Shown in pieces: positions 28,957 through 42,730 of a DNA stretch of 64,000 bases. The notes below the pieces were generated by a model. That model did not search any database and was not told the DNA's origin. It saw only the letters and a program-made list of their open reading frames with translations. The DNA is taken from positions 20,214,001 to 20,278,000 of the forward strand of contig NC_087251.1 in assembly GCF_037042905.1 (NCBI RefSeq), written 5' to 3'. Every line of letters begins with the position of its first letter. Position 1 is the first letter of the stretch. The position numbers and the translations under genes were made by a program. The DNA comes from Lytechinus pictus. Lineage: Eukaryota.

Positions 28957-30122
28957 CAGTGGCGTAACTACGGGGGGGGGGGGGGCATGGGTGGCACGTG
29001 CCCCCCCCCCCCCCAATCGGCTGACCAAACAAAAAACGGGGAAAAGGGGAAAAGAGGGAGAAAGGAAGAGAAGCGTATAGTGGGAAAGAAGAAAATATTA
29101 TTCATTGTAATGTTATATTATAATTATGTTATGTTACATTACATAAGAAACATTTTTATCATAACTTCATGAAACATAATTTGCCAAGGGCCTACGTATT
29201 CATTGTTCCTGGTGCTTGCATTGTCTGTTAACGAGATATATAATACTGTTGTACTGAAACATCCCGTTTTCAAGTCAATATAAACCAAATACATTTCCTA
29301 GCACTTGAGTTATCATTGTTTTATGTAGTGACATATGCTTCTTTTTCATGACTCAAAAAGTGATTGCCCCATGTTAAGGTCTTCGTATATATGAAACATT
29401 TCCTGTCCGTGATTACGTTCGCATTAGTGGATTGGTGAGATATGTCTGCTCTTCATGAATTCCTAAAATCAGTCCTTAAAATGTCCCTTCTTCTGATCTG
29501 AATATCAAAAATTTTCAGCTCGCACTTCGCGCTCGCATCATTTGGATATTGAAATACGTATGGTATTAGTTAATTCCTACAAAGAAACCTTAGAACGCCC
29601 CACTTCAGGTCTGAATTATCTAAATTTTCAGCTCGCGCTTCGCGCTCGTAATATTTGATTAGTGAGATGCGTATGATAATCATGATTGCAATGACTACAA
29701 AAAGTGTTTCATGTGTTCAGATGTAATTCTTATAAACCAGCAAGCGCTTGGCACTCGCATTAGATGACTATGGTGAGATATGCATACTCTTAATTGATTC
29801 CTCAAAATCTCGCTGTTTGGGGTCAAAATATACGAAAACTTCAGCTCGCGCTTCGCGCTCGTATTGTTTAGCGAGACAGGTACCTATCATTATTACACAA
29901 ATTTGATTATAATGTCTCTTTTTAGGTGTGAATAAAAAAAAATTCAGCTCGCGCTTCGCGCTCGCATTATTTGATCAGTGAGATGCATATCCGTTTAATG
30001 ACATTGTCCAGAAAATGTCTCTATTAGGTCAGTATAACAGGCAACTGAGTGCGCTCACTCAGTGATTCAAACTTTTTGCTGGTGCCCCCCTCCCCAATGC
30101 CGTGACCCACGGTACGCCACTG
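28957..30122. mobile_element. hAT-type MITE C with GCTCGCGCTTCGCGCTCGC minisatellite
   Basis: TIR CAGTGGCGTA / TACGCCACTG; 8-bp TSD TGGACATA; other copies at 25492-26677 and 62924-64000. Confidence 0.85.
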
Positions 30123-30228
30123 TGGACATATCAATGACAATTCCTTGCATATCTAAAAACATGATTGCAAAAAAAAGCCAAAATATTTCAGTCATCCCCC
30201 CACCCATCAACACGGATTTACGCCAGTG

Positions 30229-31245
30229 GAAGCAGGATAAGTTTGAGTTTACGTTTGAATGAATTTAAAGAGACACTGTCTTTAACATTATCAGAAAGGG
30301 AGTTCCAGAATTTAGGACCGTTGAATAGAAATGTATTTTTTGGCCAGTAAAGTTCTGTAAAGTGGCGTATGAAGTTCGTCAGAGTGTCTCGTGGGGTAGT
30401 TATGATAAAATTTATTTTTAGGTAACATGGCATCAAAAATATGGGGAAGTGCATTATTATTATAACTATACATGAAGTGCCCTAACTGTAGTAAATACAG
30501 GTCTTTGACTTTTAACAGTTTACTTTCTAGAAAAAGTGGGTCCGTATGAGAACGGAAAGCTGTACTATAAATAATACGAAGTGCTTTCTTTTGCAAAAGT
30601 AACAATTTATCTAATAAATATTAATGGGTATCACCCCTAATAAGAATCCCGTAGTTTAAATAAGGCAAAATTAAGGATGAGTAAAGCATGATTAATGATG
30701 TGGAGGGAATGCAAAATTTTAGCCTATTAATAATACCTATATTTTGTGAAATTATTTTGGATATATTTTCAATATGATTTTTCCAAGAAAGTTTACTGTC
30801 AACTGTTATTCCAAGAAATTTGGTGTACGTTACCATTCCTAATGGGGTATTATCAAACATAATGTTCATCGGTAACTTGTCTATGGAATTACTAAATAAC
30901 ATGTATTTAGTTTTGTTAAGGTTCAAAGATAATCGATTGGCTCTTATCCATTCAGTATCATTAATAAGTTCAAAATTGATAACATCAACTAAAGTTTGTG
31001 GATTCCGATGAGAAAAACATAAGGTCGAATCATCTGCAAATAAGATAAGGGACAAGATTTTGGGAAGATCTACAGAAATCATTTATATAAATTGTGAAAA
31101 GAAGCGGGCCCAATAAGCTGCCCTGAGGGACACCACAGTTAACATATTTCGAATTGGAGTTGTGATCTTTAACAAACACGTGTTGTTGTCTGTTGAATAA
31201 GTAGCTCCTGAACCACTCCAAGGCCTTCCCTCGCACACCATAGTG
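30229..31245 (-). mobile_element. CR1-like LINE RT fragment
   Basis: YGVRGKALEWFRSYL, GVPQGSLLGPLLFTIYIND, LFADDST, KFLGITVDSKLSW, GPKFWNSL..FKRKLK across frameshifts. Confidence 0.9.
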
Positions 31246-31249
31246 AGAT

Positions 31250-32465
31250 TTTTTTTTTTCGGCGGCCGCGACGGGAAAATATTGGTGAAAATATTCTCGC
31301 CCCCCCCCCCCCGATTGATGAAAGCTGGAACTGATCACTGATCCAGGGTATGACGAAAGAAAATGTGACTAAGGAGAATGAAGAACACTTCCAAGATTCA
31401 TGGTTGCCGGACGTCGGTAATCGTTACCGATATTTGTTTGTAATCAGCCTCCACACTTCCGACTGGAAAAGGCCTAGCGACGCTGTTCATGGTAATAAAA
31501 ATGCATATAATGTCCAGTTTTCACACATTTTTGGCTCATTACATGTTTCGCGCTCGCATCAATTATTGTTTATTAAGATACTCATTCTGTTCCTGGTTAC
31601 AAACAATGCTTAGAATATCAAGTTTTCAGGTAAGAAAATAACAATTTTCTGGTTCGTGCTTCGCGCTCGCATCAATAATCGTTTAAGATACTCAACCTGT
31701 TCATACAAAAATGCTTAGAATGTCCAGTTTTCAGGTTGGAGTAGGCCTATCACACATTTTGGCTCGTGTTTTGCGCTCGCACCAATTATAGTTAATGAAG
31801 GTTATCATACTGTTCCTGGTTTTAAAAAATAAATTGTCTAGAATGTCCAGTTTTATGGTTAGAACATCACAAATTTTCAGCTCGCGCCTCGCGCTCATAT
31901 CATTCGATTGGTGAGATATGTAGCCCGTATCCTATTCATGAGTCACTAAGTCACTCAATCTTTGAAAGGTTCCCTTTCTGGTCAGGATATTAAAATTTTC
32001 AGCTCGCGCTTCGCGCTCGCGTTAATTCTTTAGTTTGATTCATATCCCATTTTAATGATCACAAAAACTGCTCGGAATGTTTACTTTTGTACGTCTTATT
32101 ACATACAATTTCCTAAAGTTTGAGCTCGTTATTCGCGTTCGCAACATCGCGCAAGGATGCATTTTTAACAGTAATTGCATGATTCCATTGACCAAAAAGC
32201 GAGATTTACAACTTCAGATTTGAAAATTTTTCCAAATTAACCGCTCGCTCGCGAAAAATAAAACCTCAAAATATCTTATCAATCAGAAATCATTTCAAAG
32301 AAAAAACTTTGATCAACTTAATTACTACAAAACACACAACTTCTTCACACAGATGATAATCTCATGGTGAAAATATCCGTTTGCACCAAAATGCCCTTTT
32401 GGCATATAAGTGCCCTTATTTGGTTTTGCCCCCCCCCCCCAACGAAAATACGTTCGCCGCCCCTG
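31250..32465. mobile_element. Truncated MITE with GCTCGCGCTTCGCGCTCGC repeats
   Basis: Right end ACGTTCGCCGCCCCTG; right part homologous to 40266-42075. Confidence 0.55.
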
Positions 32466-32557
32466 GGTGGGTTACATACAAGGAAGAAATATTGGCGAGG
32501 CCATCCTTACTATAGATTATATTATTTTTCATAAATCCCGTTCTTATAATAACCAGT

Positions 32558-34004
32558 CAGGCGCGTAGCCAGGGGGGGGGGGACGGTGGGGGCGGTCGCC
32601 CCCCCCAAAAAAAACGTCCCAAAAAGAAAAAAAGAAGGGAAAAAAGAGAGAAAAAAAGGAAAAGGGAAGGGAGGAAAGGGAAGAAAGGTAGCTTTGTCGG
32701 CATTTTTTTCTTTTTATTCTTTATTTTTTTTCTCAAAGAAAAACTCCTTCACTCTTGCTTTAAATTTCATTAATGAATTTTGCTTCCGCGCTGCGCGCGG
32801 TTAAATGACAATATTGATCGAAGTTCTCAATTGTTTCCCCCTCCCTAACCTGCTTTTCCACCTCAGCTATATGTGTTTCTTGCCAGTTAAAGTTCAAATG
32901 TATACATTAGGGCATGAAATTAGAGTAAGGTTAGGCCGAAGTATATGAAGTTATCTTTTTTTTTTGATCGCGCAACTTCTGGTCGGGTCGGCTCCGGGCG
33001 GGTAAAATCTTTATATCAATTTCTGACGTCACCTCCATAAAGTCAACTTCTCTCGCTTTTCAACTCAGTACTAAACAACCATAATTTGGGGCAAACAGGT
33101 TCCTAATTTAAAAAGAGGAATGTATAAAATTCGTGTCGTATTGAATAAAAAAGTACAATATTTATTTTCAAATTCTATTAATCTTCATGTTATTTCCCTG
33201 CACATTCATCTCCTGTCCTGTTTTGCGCCCTCAGTTTGAAATTTTGAATGACACTTAGGTTTCTTTATAATGAATGAAGCGCTTCAGGATAGGTCAAAGA
33301 AATTAGGCATCCTTTTTTATATAATTTCAATAAATCACTGAAGTTTCATCTTTTTGCGCACTATTTTCCTTGTAATGAAGTTCAATAATCTTAGGAAATC
33401 AATTGAATTAGAGCCGATGGGGTATTAGAGATATCTGCATTTGATGAAACGTCCGCTCTTTGAAATTTCAGACTTTTATTGCTCTGCGCGTGGAGGAATA
33501 TCTTCCCCCCGGCATATACACTTCTTCTCCTCTGTTTTGCGAGTTAAAGATATGCACTGTCGCTAAAATGTTTGTAATCAAATCTGATCTTTACAAGGGA
33601 AGTATTAAATATATCTTTGAGAACACCCTTTTTTCGGGACCCTTTTCATGGCAAAAAAAATGATAAAACGCTTTAGCTTCCGCGCTTCGCGTGGAGTTAT
33701 TATGATTTTAATTTCCTCCATTGTATTCCTTTTTGTGCGTTCACAATCACTTTTGAAAACAAGGTTCAAAATCACAATATAGTCAACTGAATTGGAGCTG
33801 ATATAGGTACTAGAGACAAGAGAGACGGCTCCTTTTCATTTTAATTTATGAAACACCAAAAGCTTCGCGCTTCGCGCGGATGGGGGAAACTTCCCCTCCC
33901 TGCACCAACCCCCTAGGGAGCGCGCTTCGCGCGCTCTGTAAGTGTTGGCACGCTTTGCGTGCATTTACCGCCCCCTCCAAAATTAAATCCTGGCTACGCG
34001 GTTG
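32558..34004. mobile_element. MITE (hAT-like termini)
   Basis: TIR CAGGCGCGTAGCCAGG / CCTGGCTACGCGGTTG with G/C-run subterminal tracts; no clean TSD. Confidence 0.65.
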
Positions 34005-34529
34005 AATAACCTGTTTTTCTGTTAGCCACAGACTTTGAGAAGGCCTTTGGTTCGCTATCTCATTATTTTCTTCAGAAGGGTCTCAGAGGCGGTCCAGCTT
34101 TCGCCAAGGGGGGGGGGGGCGAATTTTTCAACCATATTTTCCCTGATCGGCCGCTCAAAGTTGATTTTTGTTCGTTTCCTTGAAGGAGTAGTTCTAACAC
34201 ATGGACCTGGCAAGCGGGGTGCTGGAGGTGCTACGTTTATTATTTTCAATAGGCAGCACCCCCACGAAATCAAGTTATTATGTACATAATTATCACATCC
34301 GACAATCACAAATCATTTACTACTGTCTTTCACATATTCCAATAACATTTATATCTCCTAATTCCCCCTTTTTTTAGATCGGAATATCAATATTTTCAGC
34401 TCGCGCTTCGCGCTCGCATTATTGATTTTCATAATAAAAAAATGTATTAAGAATGCCCAAATTTAAACACACGCACGCATGTTTATTCAGATTCGCAGCT
34501 TGTTTTTTATTACTATTATTATTATCTAA

Positions 34530-35206
34530 AGGGTTACTCCGGGCTGAAAATATTTATACCTACATAAATAGAGTAAATTCACAGAGCAAAATGCTGAAAA
34601 TTTTATCAAAATCTGATAACAAATAGTGAAGTTAGTTAATTTTAATGTTTAGCAATATTTTGTGAAAACAGTGATATGTACGTCGTCATGAATGTTTAAT
34701 AGGTGAGTTGATGTTGTCCCATCCCCACTATCCCTTTTTTAATGTTATTACATTGAATTATTTATTATTGAATATGTTTTGTTACTTTGTTTATATTTTG
34801 AAAATTTTGTTGAACGGAAATAAATAAATCTAAATCTAATCTAAATCTAAATGGAATCAAAATTGCTTCATTTTATTTCATTGTGTGAATGTTACATCTC
34901 CCTTGTAATGAAATAAGTGGCAGCAATGGGTATCTAATGCACTAAATCAGTTGTCAGTTCAATTGTTTTGGTTCTTGAAGGGAAAATTGAATACACCTAA
35001 CGTCATATAATAAAAAGCAAAAGAACAAGTGGGGATAGGACATCATCAGTTTGCTCATTCAATATTTCATGAAGACATGCTTAGAAATAATTCACCGGAA
35101 TAATGCAAATCTTTGATTAACATGCAATAACTGTGTTATTCCTTCATTGTTTTGTTCGTCTTATTATTTTATTTCAAACCATATTAGCTCCAGTCGGAAT
35201 ACCCCT
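34530..35206. mobile_element. Kolobok-like MITE nested in a composite MITE (~34084-36064)
   Basis: (C)TAA-AGGGTTACTCC ... GGAATACCCCT-TTAA; related to 39255-39822. Confidence 0.65.
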
Positions 35207-36844
35207 TTAAAACGTGCTTTAATAATAAAGTTTCAGATCAGAATATAAACAAAAAATATGCTCGCGCTTCGCGCTCACATTATAAGGAAGATACCCAATT
35301 ACCCATCCTTTTCCCGAATTACAAAATATAAAAAGAATGTCTAGTTTTTAGGTCTGAAATCTCAATTTTCTTTTCGCTTGCGCTTCGCGCTTGCATCAAT
35401 TGTATAGTTATATACCTATCCTGTTCATGATTAGAAAAGTGCTTAGAATATTCCGTTTCTAGGTTTGAAATCTCGTTTTTTTTCCGCTCACGCTCCGCGC
35501 TCGCATCAATTATATAAATAACTATCCTGTTCATGATTAGAAAAGTGCTTATAATGTCCCGTTTTTAGGTCTGAAATCTCATTTTTCTTTTCGCTTGCGC
35601 TTCGCGCTCGCATCAATTGTATATATACCTATCTTGTTCATGGTTACAAAAACTGTTTAGAATGTCCAGTTTTTAAGGCGGAATGTCAAAAATTTCAGCT
35701 CGCGCTTCGCATATTTTGATTGTTGAAATACGTATCGTCTTCATGGGAAACTGCAAACAATCTTTGTGACAGGTCCCTTTTTGATCAGGCCAGAACATAT
35801 ATTAGAAATATCTGCTCGCGCTCACAGTAAATGTGATATTCATTACATACGCACCTGTTCGGGACCACAAACATTGCTCAAAATGTTCAATTTTCAGGAC
35901 AGAATACATGAAATTTTCAAATATTTTAGCTCGCACTTCGCGATCGCATTATTTAATTATATATCTATGTTTTTTTATAAGAACAATAGAAAACCCAATT
36001 GTGTCCCCCACCTTTGAGGAGAGAATTCAGCACCCCCGCTGAAAAAATCGTTCCCAGGGCCCTGTCCTAACATTCACTGTTTGGCTTTATTCTTATAAAA
36101 CAACAAAAATCTCATAAGCCCTATGTTGCGATACTGCAACAGATAACAATGAAAATTAAGTCTCAAATTTTATTTCATTTTCTTTTATTACAGGAAATAG
36201 ATCAATCATACACTTAACAAAACAAAACCAAACATCTTACATGTCTTGAAGAGTTAGATGTGCAATCCAAAGTTATGATAGTCCTGTATTAAATCCAGAT
36301 AAAATCCAAGTTGGTTGGCGAAGATTCCTTAAATTAAAGTTCTCAATGATGGCGATAATGAAATTGTTGTTGAACCACGATGAATAAGTCACTTTAACGA
36401 GTTGAAATGTCTGTGAAGACGATGTTGATGATGATTAACAGTCAATTTCAGCAATCCAAGGGGTTGAAAAACGTTCATTAAAACAGGTTGATGATCTCGA
36501 TGAGAACTGAGAATTCCTCTCTCAAAGTAACTGCAAACAGTTCATTGATGGCGTGCAAATAATTCCACAGAAGATAAATGTTGTATTCCAGTTGGAAATA
36601 AACTATGCTCTGACATAAAATTTTGTGCGAAACTCTGAGTTCTGTTCTGATATGATGAAGAAACTGCCAGCTTATATATATAAATTTCCACTATTCTGGA
36701 AGCTTCTAGGATTGTCTTTAAAAAGAACATTCTCCTTCTTTCTAGAGCAGTTCAATTCTAATTCCCCTAGATCCGCCTATGAGGCTGATGCCCGGGTTTA
36801 ACGGCTTTTGGCTTTGGTACATCTTTTCAGAGATGGGTCAAATA

Positions 36845-38781
36845 GTCCAGGATAGAAGAGGCATAACCTTGTTTTTTCATATATACAATATTTTTTCATG
36901 GTTTCTTGTCAATTCGAGGGCGCTGATTACAAATCTGAATGATGCCACTCGTGTAACCTTGAGCATTTTCTGCAAAATTGGCAAAATCCAATATGGCCGC
37001 CAAAATATGCAAATTACCCATGAAAATCATAAAATTGCCAGCAGACTGGCTACAAAACGTATGTAATTGTGTTGCAGGAGTAAAATATTGTCTGAAATCA
37101 TAATTTCTAACAAGATATATCAGTTCTCCTGCCAGGTAGGTGAAAATACTGGATTTTGAAAGTCAAAATAGCCGCTACAGGCCCTAACATTATTATGTAA
37201 CAATGTGAATGGTGACAAATTATTTTAACAGATTTTCGCTTGCTTGACTAAATGGTGGTGTATGAGTAAATTGTCTGAAAACATGATTACTGAAGAAATG
37301 TATCATGTCATATAAAATTTACGTGATTAATGTTATATTTCAAAATTCAAAATGGCCGCCATATGCCCTTTTGTGAAAATTATCTGTCCTCATTCAAATT
37401 GTACATAATACAGTAAGGGCCTATAGCGGTCATTTTAAATTTCGGAATGCAGCATTTGTCACCTTAATTACACCAGATATGATATATCTCGTTAGAAATC
37501 ATGGTTTTAGACAATAGTTCACTCTTACATCACAATTATATGCAATACTTATAGTCAAGCAAAGCCAAATTCTGTCAAAATTATATATAACAAATTACAA
37601 TGTACATAATACTTTTAGGGCCTATGGCAGCCATTTTGAATTTCAAAGTACAGCATTTATTACCTCCATGACCAACATGTGATATATTTATTTAGAAATC
37701 ATATTTAAGACAATATTTTTACTCGTACATCACAGCAACATGCATATTTTATGATTCCCACTGAAAATAAGTTTCCCTAAACGCTTGTAACATAATTTAG
37801 TTAAGGCTTGTAGCGGCTATTTTGAATGTCAAAATACATTATTTATCACTTACATGGCAAAAGAAATGCTATATTTTATAAAAAATCTTGCTTTGAAATA
37901 ATATTTCACTCATACAAAAGGATTATATGGACTTCATAGACAAGCAAATCCAAATTCTTACAAAATTACATGTCCCCATTTACATTGTAGATAATACTGT
38001 TAGGGCCTATAGGGGCCATTTTGGATTTAACAATACAGCATTTATCTCATGCATGACAAGAGAAATGATACATGTATGTTTAGCTAGAAAACGTGTTTTC
38101 AGACAATATTTTACTTGTATATCACAATTACATGCATTTTATGTACTTATTCTTGTGAAAATTAGTTTCTCCATTCGCAATGTACATAATGTATAATGGG
38201 CCTATGGCGGCCATTTTGAATTTCAAAATACAGCAATTATCACATAAATTGCATCTTAAATATTACATTCCGTTAAAATTGAATTTTTAGCCAGTATTCC
38301 ACTCGCTTATCTTAATAATATGCATTTTAGTACTCACTCTTGTGACTTTCTTTTGTCCCCATTAACATTATATATGATACTGTCAGGGCGTTTGGTGGCT
38401 TTTTTAATACTAAAAATCACAATTACTTGCATTTAGTGCTCACTTTTGTGAAAATTATTTCCCCCCGTTCATATTGTACATAATGTTGAATACAGCGGTC
38501 TATGGCGGCAAATCGTTTTTTCAGAGAGTATTTCACTCCTGCAACACAATTACATACATTTTATAGCCAATCTGCTGGCAGTTTTATGATTTTCATGTGT
38601 AATTTGTTTATTTTGGCGGCCATATTATATTTTGCCAATTTGCGGAAAATGCTGAAGGTTACACGAGTGGCATCATTCAGATTCGTAATTAGCACCCTCG
38701 AATTGACAAGAAACCATGAAAAAATATTGTATATATCAAAAAACAAGGTTTGGTCAATTTTCTATGGGGCCTATCCTGGAC
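36845..38781. mobile_element. Foldback-like element with ~255-bp TIRs and internal ~195-bp tandem units
   Basis: 36845-37098 is the reverse complement of ~38519-38781; TA flanks; internal units carry GGCCTATGGCGGCCATTTTGAATTT in both orientations. Confidence 0.8.
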
Positions 38782-38809
38782 TAAAAGACTTATATAATTT
38801 ATACTGACA

Positions 38810-40250
38810 CTTTAACTTGCGTTTTAAATGAAAGAGGATTCTCTGGTTAAAAAGGGGGTAAGAGTAAAACAAGGGGATCCTCTAAGTCCTCTATATCTTT
38901 TTAGCTAGTCTAGATTGAAGTAACGGCTCATACATTATGAACAGATAATGTGATAGAAGGAATTAACTTTGGAGATAAAGAAACTAAAAAAGTAGCACTT
39001 TATGCAGACGATATGACAGTTTTTGCTCACAATGTGAAATCAGTTGATAGACTAAAAGTGCTTTTTGCAGACTTTCAATAACTTTCTGGACTAAAGATTA
39101 ATAATGACAAAACTAAAGTACTAAATTCAGGTTCATGTTAACATAAGGCATAAATATTATGATATCTCCTTTGGTGAAATAATTGGTTTTCTTCCAGTTT
39201 TAGGAGTATTTTTTACCCTTGAAACCGTTGATCGACATTATAAAGAAACCTTAATGGTCGAGTACACCCCAGAAAATCGTTGATTTGAATTGATAGAGAA
39301 AAATCAAACAAGCACAACGCTGAAAATTTCATCAAAATCGGATGTAAAATTAGAAAGTTATGACATTTTTAAGTTTTGCTTATTTTTCACAAAACAGTTA
39401 TATGCACGACAACTCAGTGACATGCAAATGAGAGAGCCGATGATGTCCCTCACTCACTATTTATTTTTGTTAATTGTTTGAATAATACAGTATTTCAATT
39501 TTACAGATTTGAAAAATAAAGACCAACTGGACTTAACCATAAACTGTTAAAATTCCACAAGTTCAGGGAGGAATAGAAATGTTTCACTAGAAGAGAAAAT
39601 TAGAATTTTTCATATTTCATGATAATAGAAATAGTGAGTCGGTGACATCATCAGTCTGCTCATTTGCATACCGACCAGGATGTGCATATTAATTAAGTGA
39701 AACTTTAAAATGTCATAACTTTCTTATTTTATATCTGATTCTGATGAAATTTACATTGTTATTTACTTTACGGATTTCCCCCCTTTTATTCAAATCAACT
39801 TTTTGTTGAGGTGGACTTATATAACACTCATGGGAAAGATTTAACTATTGAAGGCGCACGTCTATTCTTTATAACAAAGTCCTTTATCGAGCATCTATTC
39901 CTGTTCCTATATAAATGGGTTTATGAATCATTGGATGAATTAACTTTTGATTTCTTATGGAAAAGAAAGAAAGACAATATCAATAGGAATACAATGTATT
40001 CATACTATAAAGGGGGGGGGATAAAAGATGCTAAATTTTCCTGTGCAAGTGAAATCGAATTATTGTGGATTCAATTTTTTTTTAATAAAAATGAAGATGG
40101 AATGGAAACAGTAGTCTAATCTTCTCATTAAACATTTTGGTGGAGATTTGATATTTTGTGTGACTATATACCATGTTTATTAAAAGTAACAGCTTCCCAG
40201 TTTTACATGGACTTATTAGGAGAGTAGGTAAAATATAAGACATATGATAT
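38810..40250 (+). mobile_element. Highly decayed L1/Tx1-clade LINE fragment
   Basis: VKQGDPLSP, ALYADDMTVF, SGLKINNDKTKV, then FDFLWKRKKDNINRNTMY..GGG; interrupted by MITE 39255-39822. Confidence 0.75.
39255..39822. mobile_element. Kolobok-like MITE
   Basis: TTAA-TGGTCGAGTACACCCC ... GAGGTGGACTTA; internally palindromic arms. Confidence 0.6.
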
Positions 40251-40547
40251 AGAAGTGCCCTGAAACAAGGGGCGCCAAATTTATTTTCGACCGGGGGAGG
40301 GCGGGCATCTTATTCATATTTCGCGTTAATTCTTTAGTTAGATAAACATCTGTTTCATGATTACAAAAATTGTTTAATTTTCAAAAGTTTAGATTGAGAT
40401 TCGTGCTCGCAAGGATACCCTTTTGATAGTAATAGGGCTATATTAATTTGACCAAAAAAGCAAGTTTTACAAGTTAAGATTTGAAAAATTTTCCAAACCG
40501 CTCACCCCCCCCCCTTGCGGAAAAATAAACCCTAAATATATATCTTA

Positions 40548-41905
40548 CAGGGTTGGCTGAATATAATCACGTTGATTAAAATCGTGATTTAAATCGCGAT
40601 ATAAATCACTATGATTTTTTTTTATAAAACATTGATTTAAATCACTCCCATTGAAACATGTACAAATTATTGATTTTTCTTTGTGTGTAGCAGTTTTACG
40701 TTTTATATTAAAAAAAAGAATGATTTTATCAACTTTATATCATCAGAACATGAATAAATCCTTCATATCTACTCAACGCAATTGGAATCCAGTCATTAAT
40801 AAAACCAGGTTAATCTTGCAAAACCATAGATGTACATTTAAATCACTATGATTTTTTTTACAAAAATCATTGATTTAAATCACTTACATTGGAACATGTA
40901 AAAATGATTGATTTTTTTTTGCGTTACTGAAGTGGCAGTATTATTTTTACCAAAAAAAAAAGATTTTATAGTGAATATTATGCCATCAAAACATGAATAA
41001 AACCTTCATATCTACTCATAACAATTGAAATAAAATCAACAAAATCAGGTTAATCTTGCAAAACCAAAGATGTACATTTAAATCACCTTCGCCTCACATA
41101 TTCGTTAACTCGTACATTAGCTGGTGACAGAACTTTTACGGTGTCGGCTTCAAAATCCTGGAACGACCTACCACTAATAATTAGACAGTCTCCAACATTA
41201 GCAATTTTCAAAAAGTCATTAAAAACTCATCTCTTTCGTACTTTGTAGTTTTTAAAATATTACATTTAATTAATTCATTGTTAGCGCTTTGGGCCTAATG
41301 GGAAAAGCGCAGTACAAATAATAAGTAATAATAATAATATGTTTTTGCTTCTTCTTTATGTATCACACATACTTTTTTGTAAATAAACCGCTGTTAAATT
41401 GCCCAAAAAAAATCACAATAACTGTACACCCTAAATTATGTTTTAAACATACAAACATATGATCTTCATTCCTTGGCCTGAATACAATTTTTTTTTCTTT
41501 TTGAGAATTTAAATCTCCGAGTCATGGATTTCTTCCAAATAAACTGATCCTCATTTCATGTTAAGAGCTTTGAATAGAAACACCAACTTTACAGCATTCC
41601 CTGTACCAAAACAGTTCCTCAACTGGGATTGAACCAGTCAGTAGAAGCTCTCTACATTATGTACACCCGAGTATACAGACACAGCAAAAAAGTCATCTTT
41701 TTGACTGGATTTAATTATGAAATAGATTGTTAAGAATAATTTTAGCAGTGAAATGTATGATTTTAAAATCGATGTCAGTGTAAAGGGTTATATTTTTGGT
41801 GTTTGCGCTTTGTTAAAAAAAAAAAAATCCGTTTTAAAGAAAACAAATCTGATATAAATCAAATAAATCCTTTTATTTTTACTTGAAAAAAAATCGCCAA
41901 CCCTG
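40548..41905. mobile_element. hAT-type MITE nested in MITE ~40266-42075
   Basis: TIR CAGGGTTGGC / GCCAACCCTG; 8-bp TSD ATATCTTA; GATTTAAATC subterminal repeats. Confidence 0.85.
41086..41340 (+). mobile_element. L2 LINE 3' end
   Basis: GDRTFTVSASKSWNDLPLIIRQSPTLAIFKKSLKTHLF, then stem-loop GCGCTTT..AAAGCGC and (TAA)n tail. Confidence 0.8.
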
Positions 41906-42730
41906 ATATCTTATCAAATCAGAAATCATTTGAAAAAGGCTTTACTCAACTTAATTACTACAAAACACACTACGACTTCAGGCAGATCTTTGTAGCAAAT
42001 TTCCCATATTGTTATATTAGTGCCCTTTTTTGGCTTCGCCCCCACCTCAAACGAAAATACGTTCTACCGCCCCTGCCATCCCATCCTCATAACAGCATCG
42101 ATGTTTCTACACCCCCCTCCACCACGCATGCCCTTCCGGTTTTCCCGGCTTCGTCACAGATTATTTCAGTTTTCGGATCAACGGTCGAACCTTCGGAATA
42201 AAGAACCTTATTTCGTTTTCGGAACGAACTTTCGGAATGACGAACCTTCGGAAAATGTCTCAAATGTTCGGATTAAACAACCTTTTTTTTTTCGTTTTCG
42301 GATTAACGAGCATCGAGGTTTTGGCAATTTACGTGATTCGGAATTACGAACCTTCGGAATTACAGACTGTAGGTATATCGTATATACGGAAGTCGTGGGG
42401 AAAACATGCGATGTCCGCACGGAGAGGGAGATCGTACTCTGTTTGAACATTATGTTACTACTGGAAAGCACACAGTGTCCCATAGTGTGTGCCGCAGTCT
42501 GTTCACAGTTTGGAACACAATGGGAAATCGCCCTCACACTGTTAGTTTTAAGCATTTCAATACACATTATCACGATACACATTATCACCTAATCAACTAT
42601 GACGTTGAACACGCTGTAAACAGGCACGATGTTCTGGTGTCCACACTTTTTAATTTGAGCATTAACAATGTAAATAATATTTTCACATGGTCCATCTGTG
42701 AACACAATGTGATCACACTATGTGACACTG

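Larger units (their letters stand above)
24906..30228 (+). mobile_element. MITE family A (outer copy), interrupted by elements B and C
   Basis: TIR CACTGGCGTAAATCC / GGATTTACGCCAGTG; pieces 24906-25154, 28770-28956 and 30123-30228 are collinear with the reverse complement of 25385-27104; no TSD found. Confidence 0.8.

Noticed and set aside
25560..36000. CRISPR-like regularly spaced palindromic repeats
   Set aside because: Eukaryotic context, spacers are homologous to each other, no cas genes; these are MITE-internal minisatellites.
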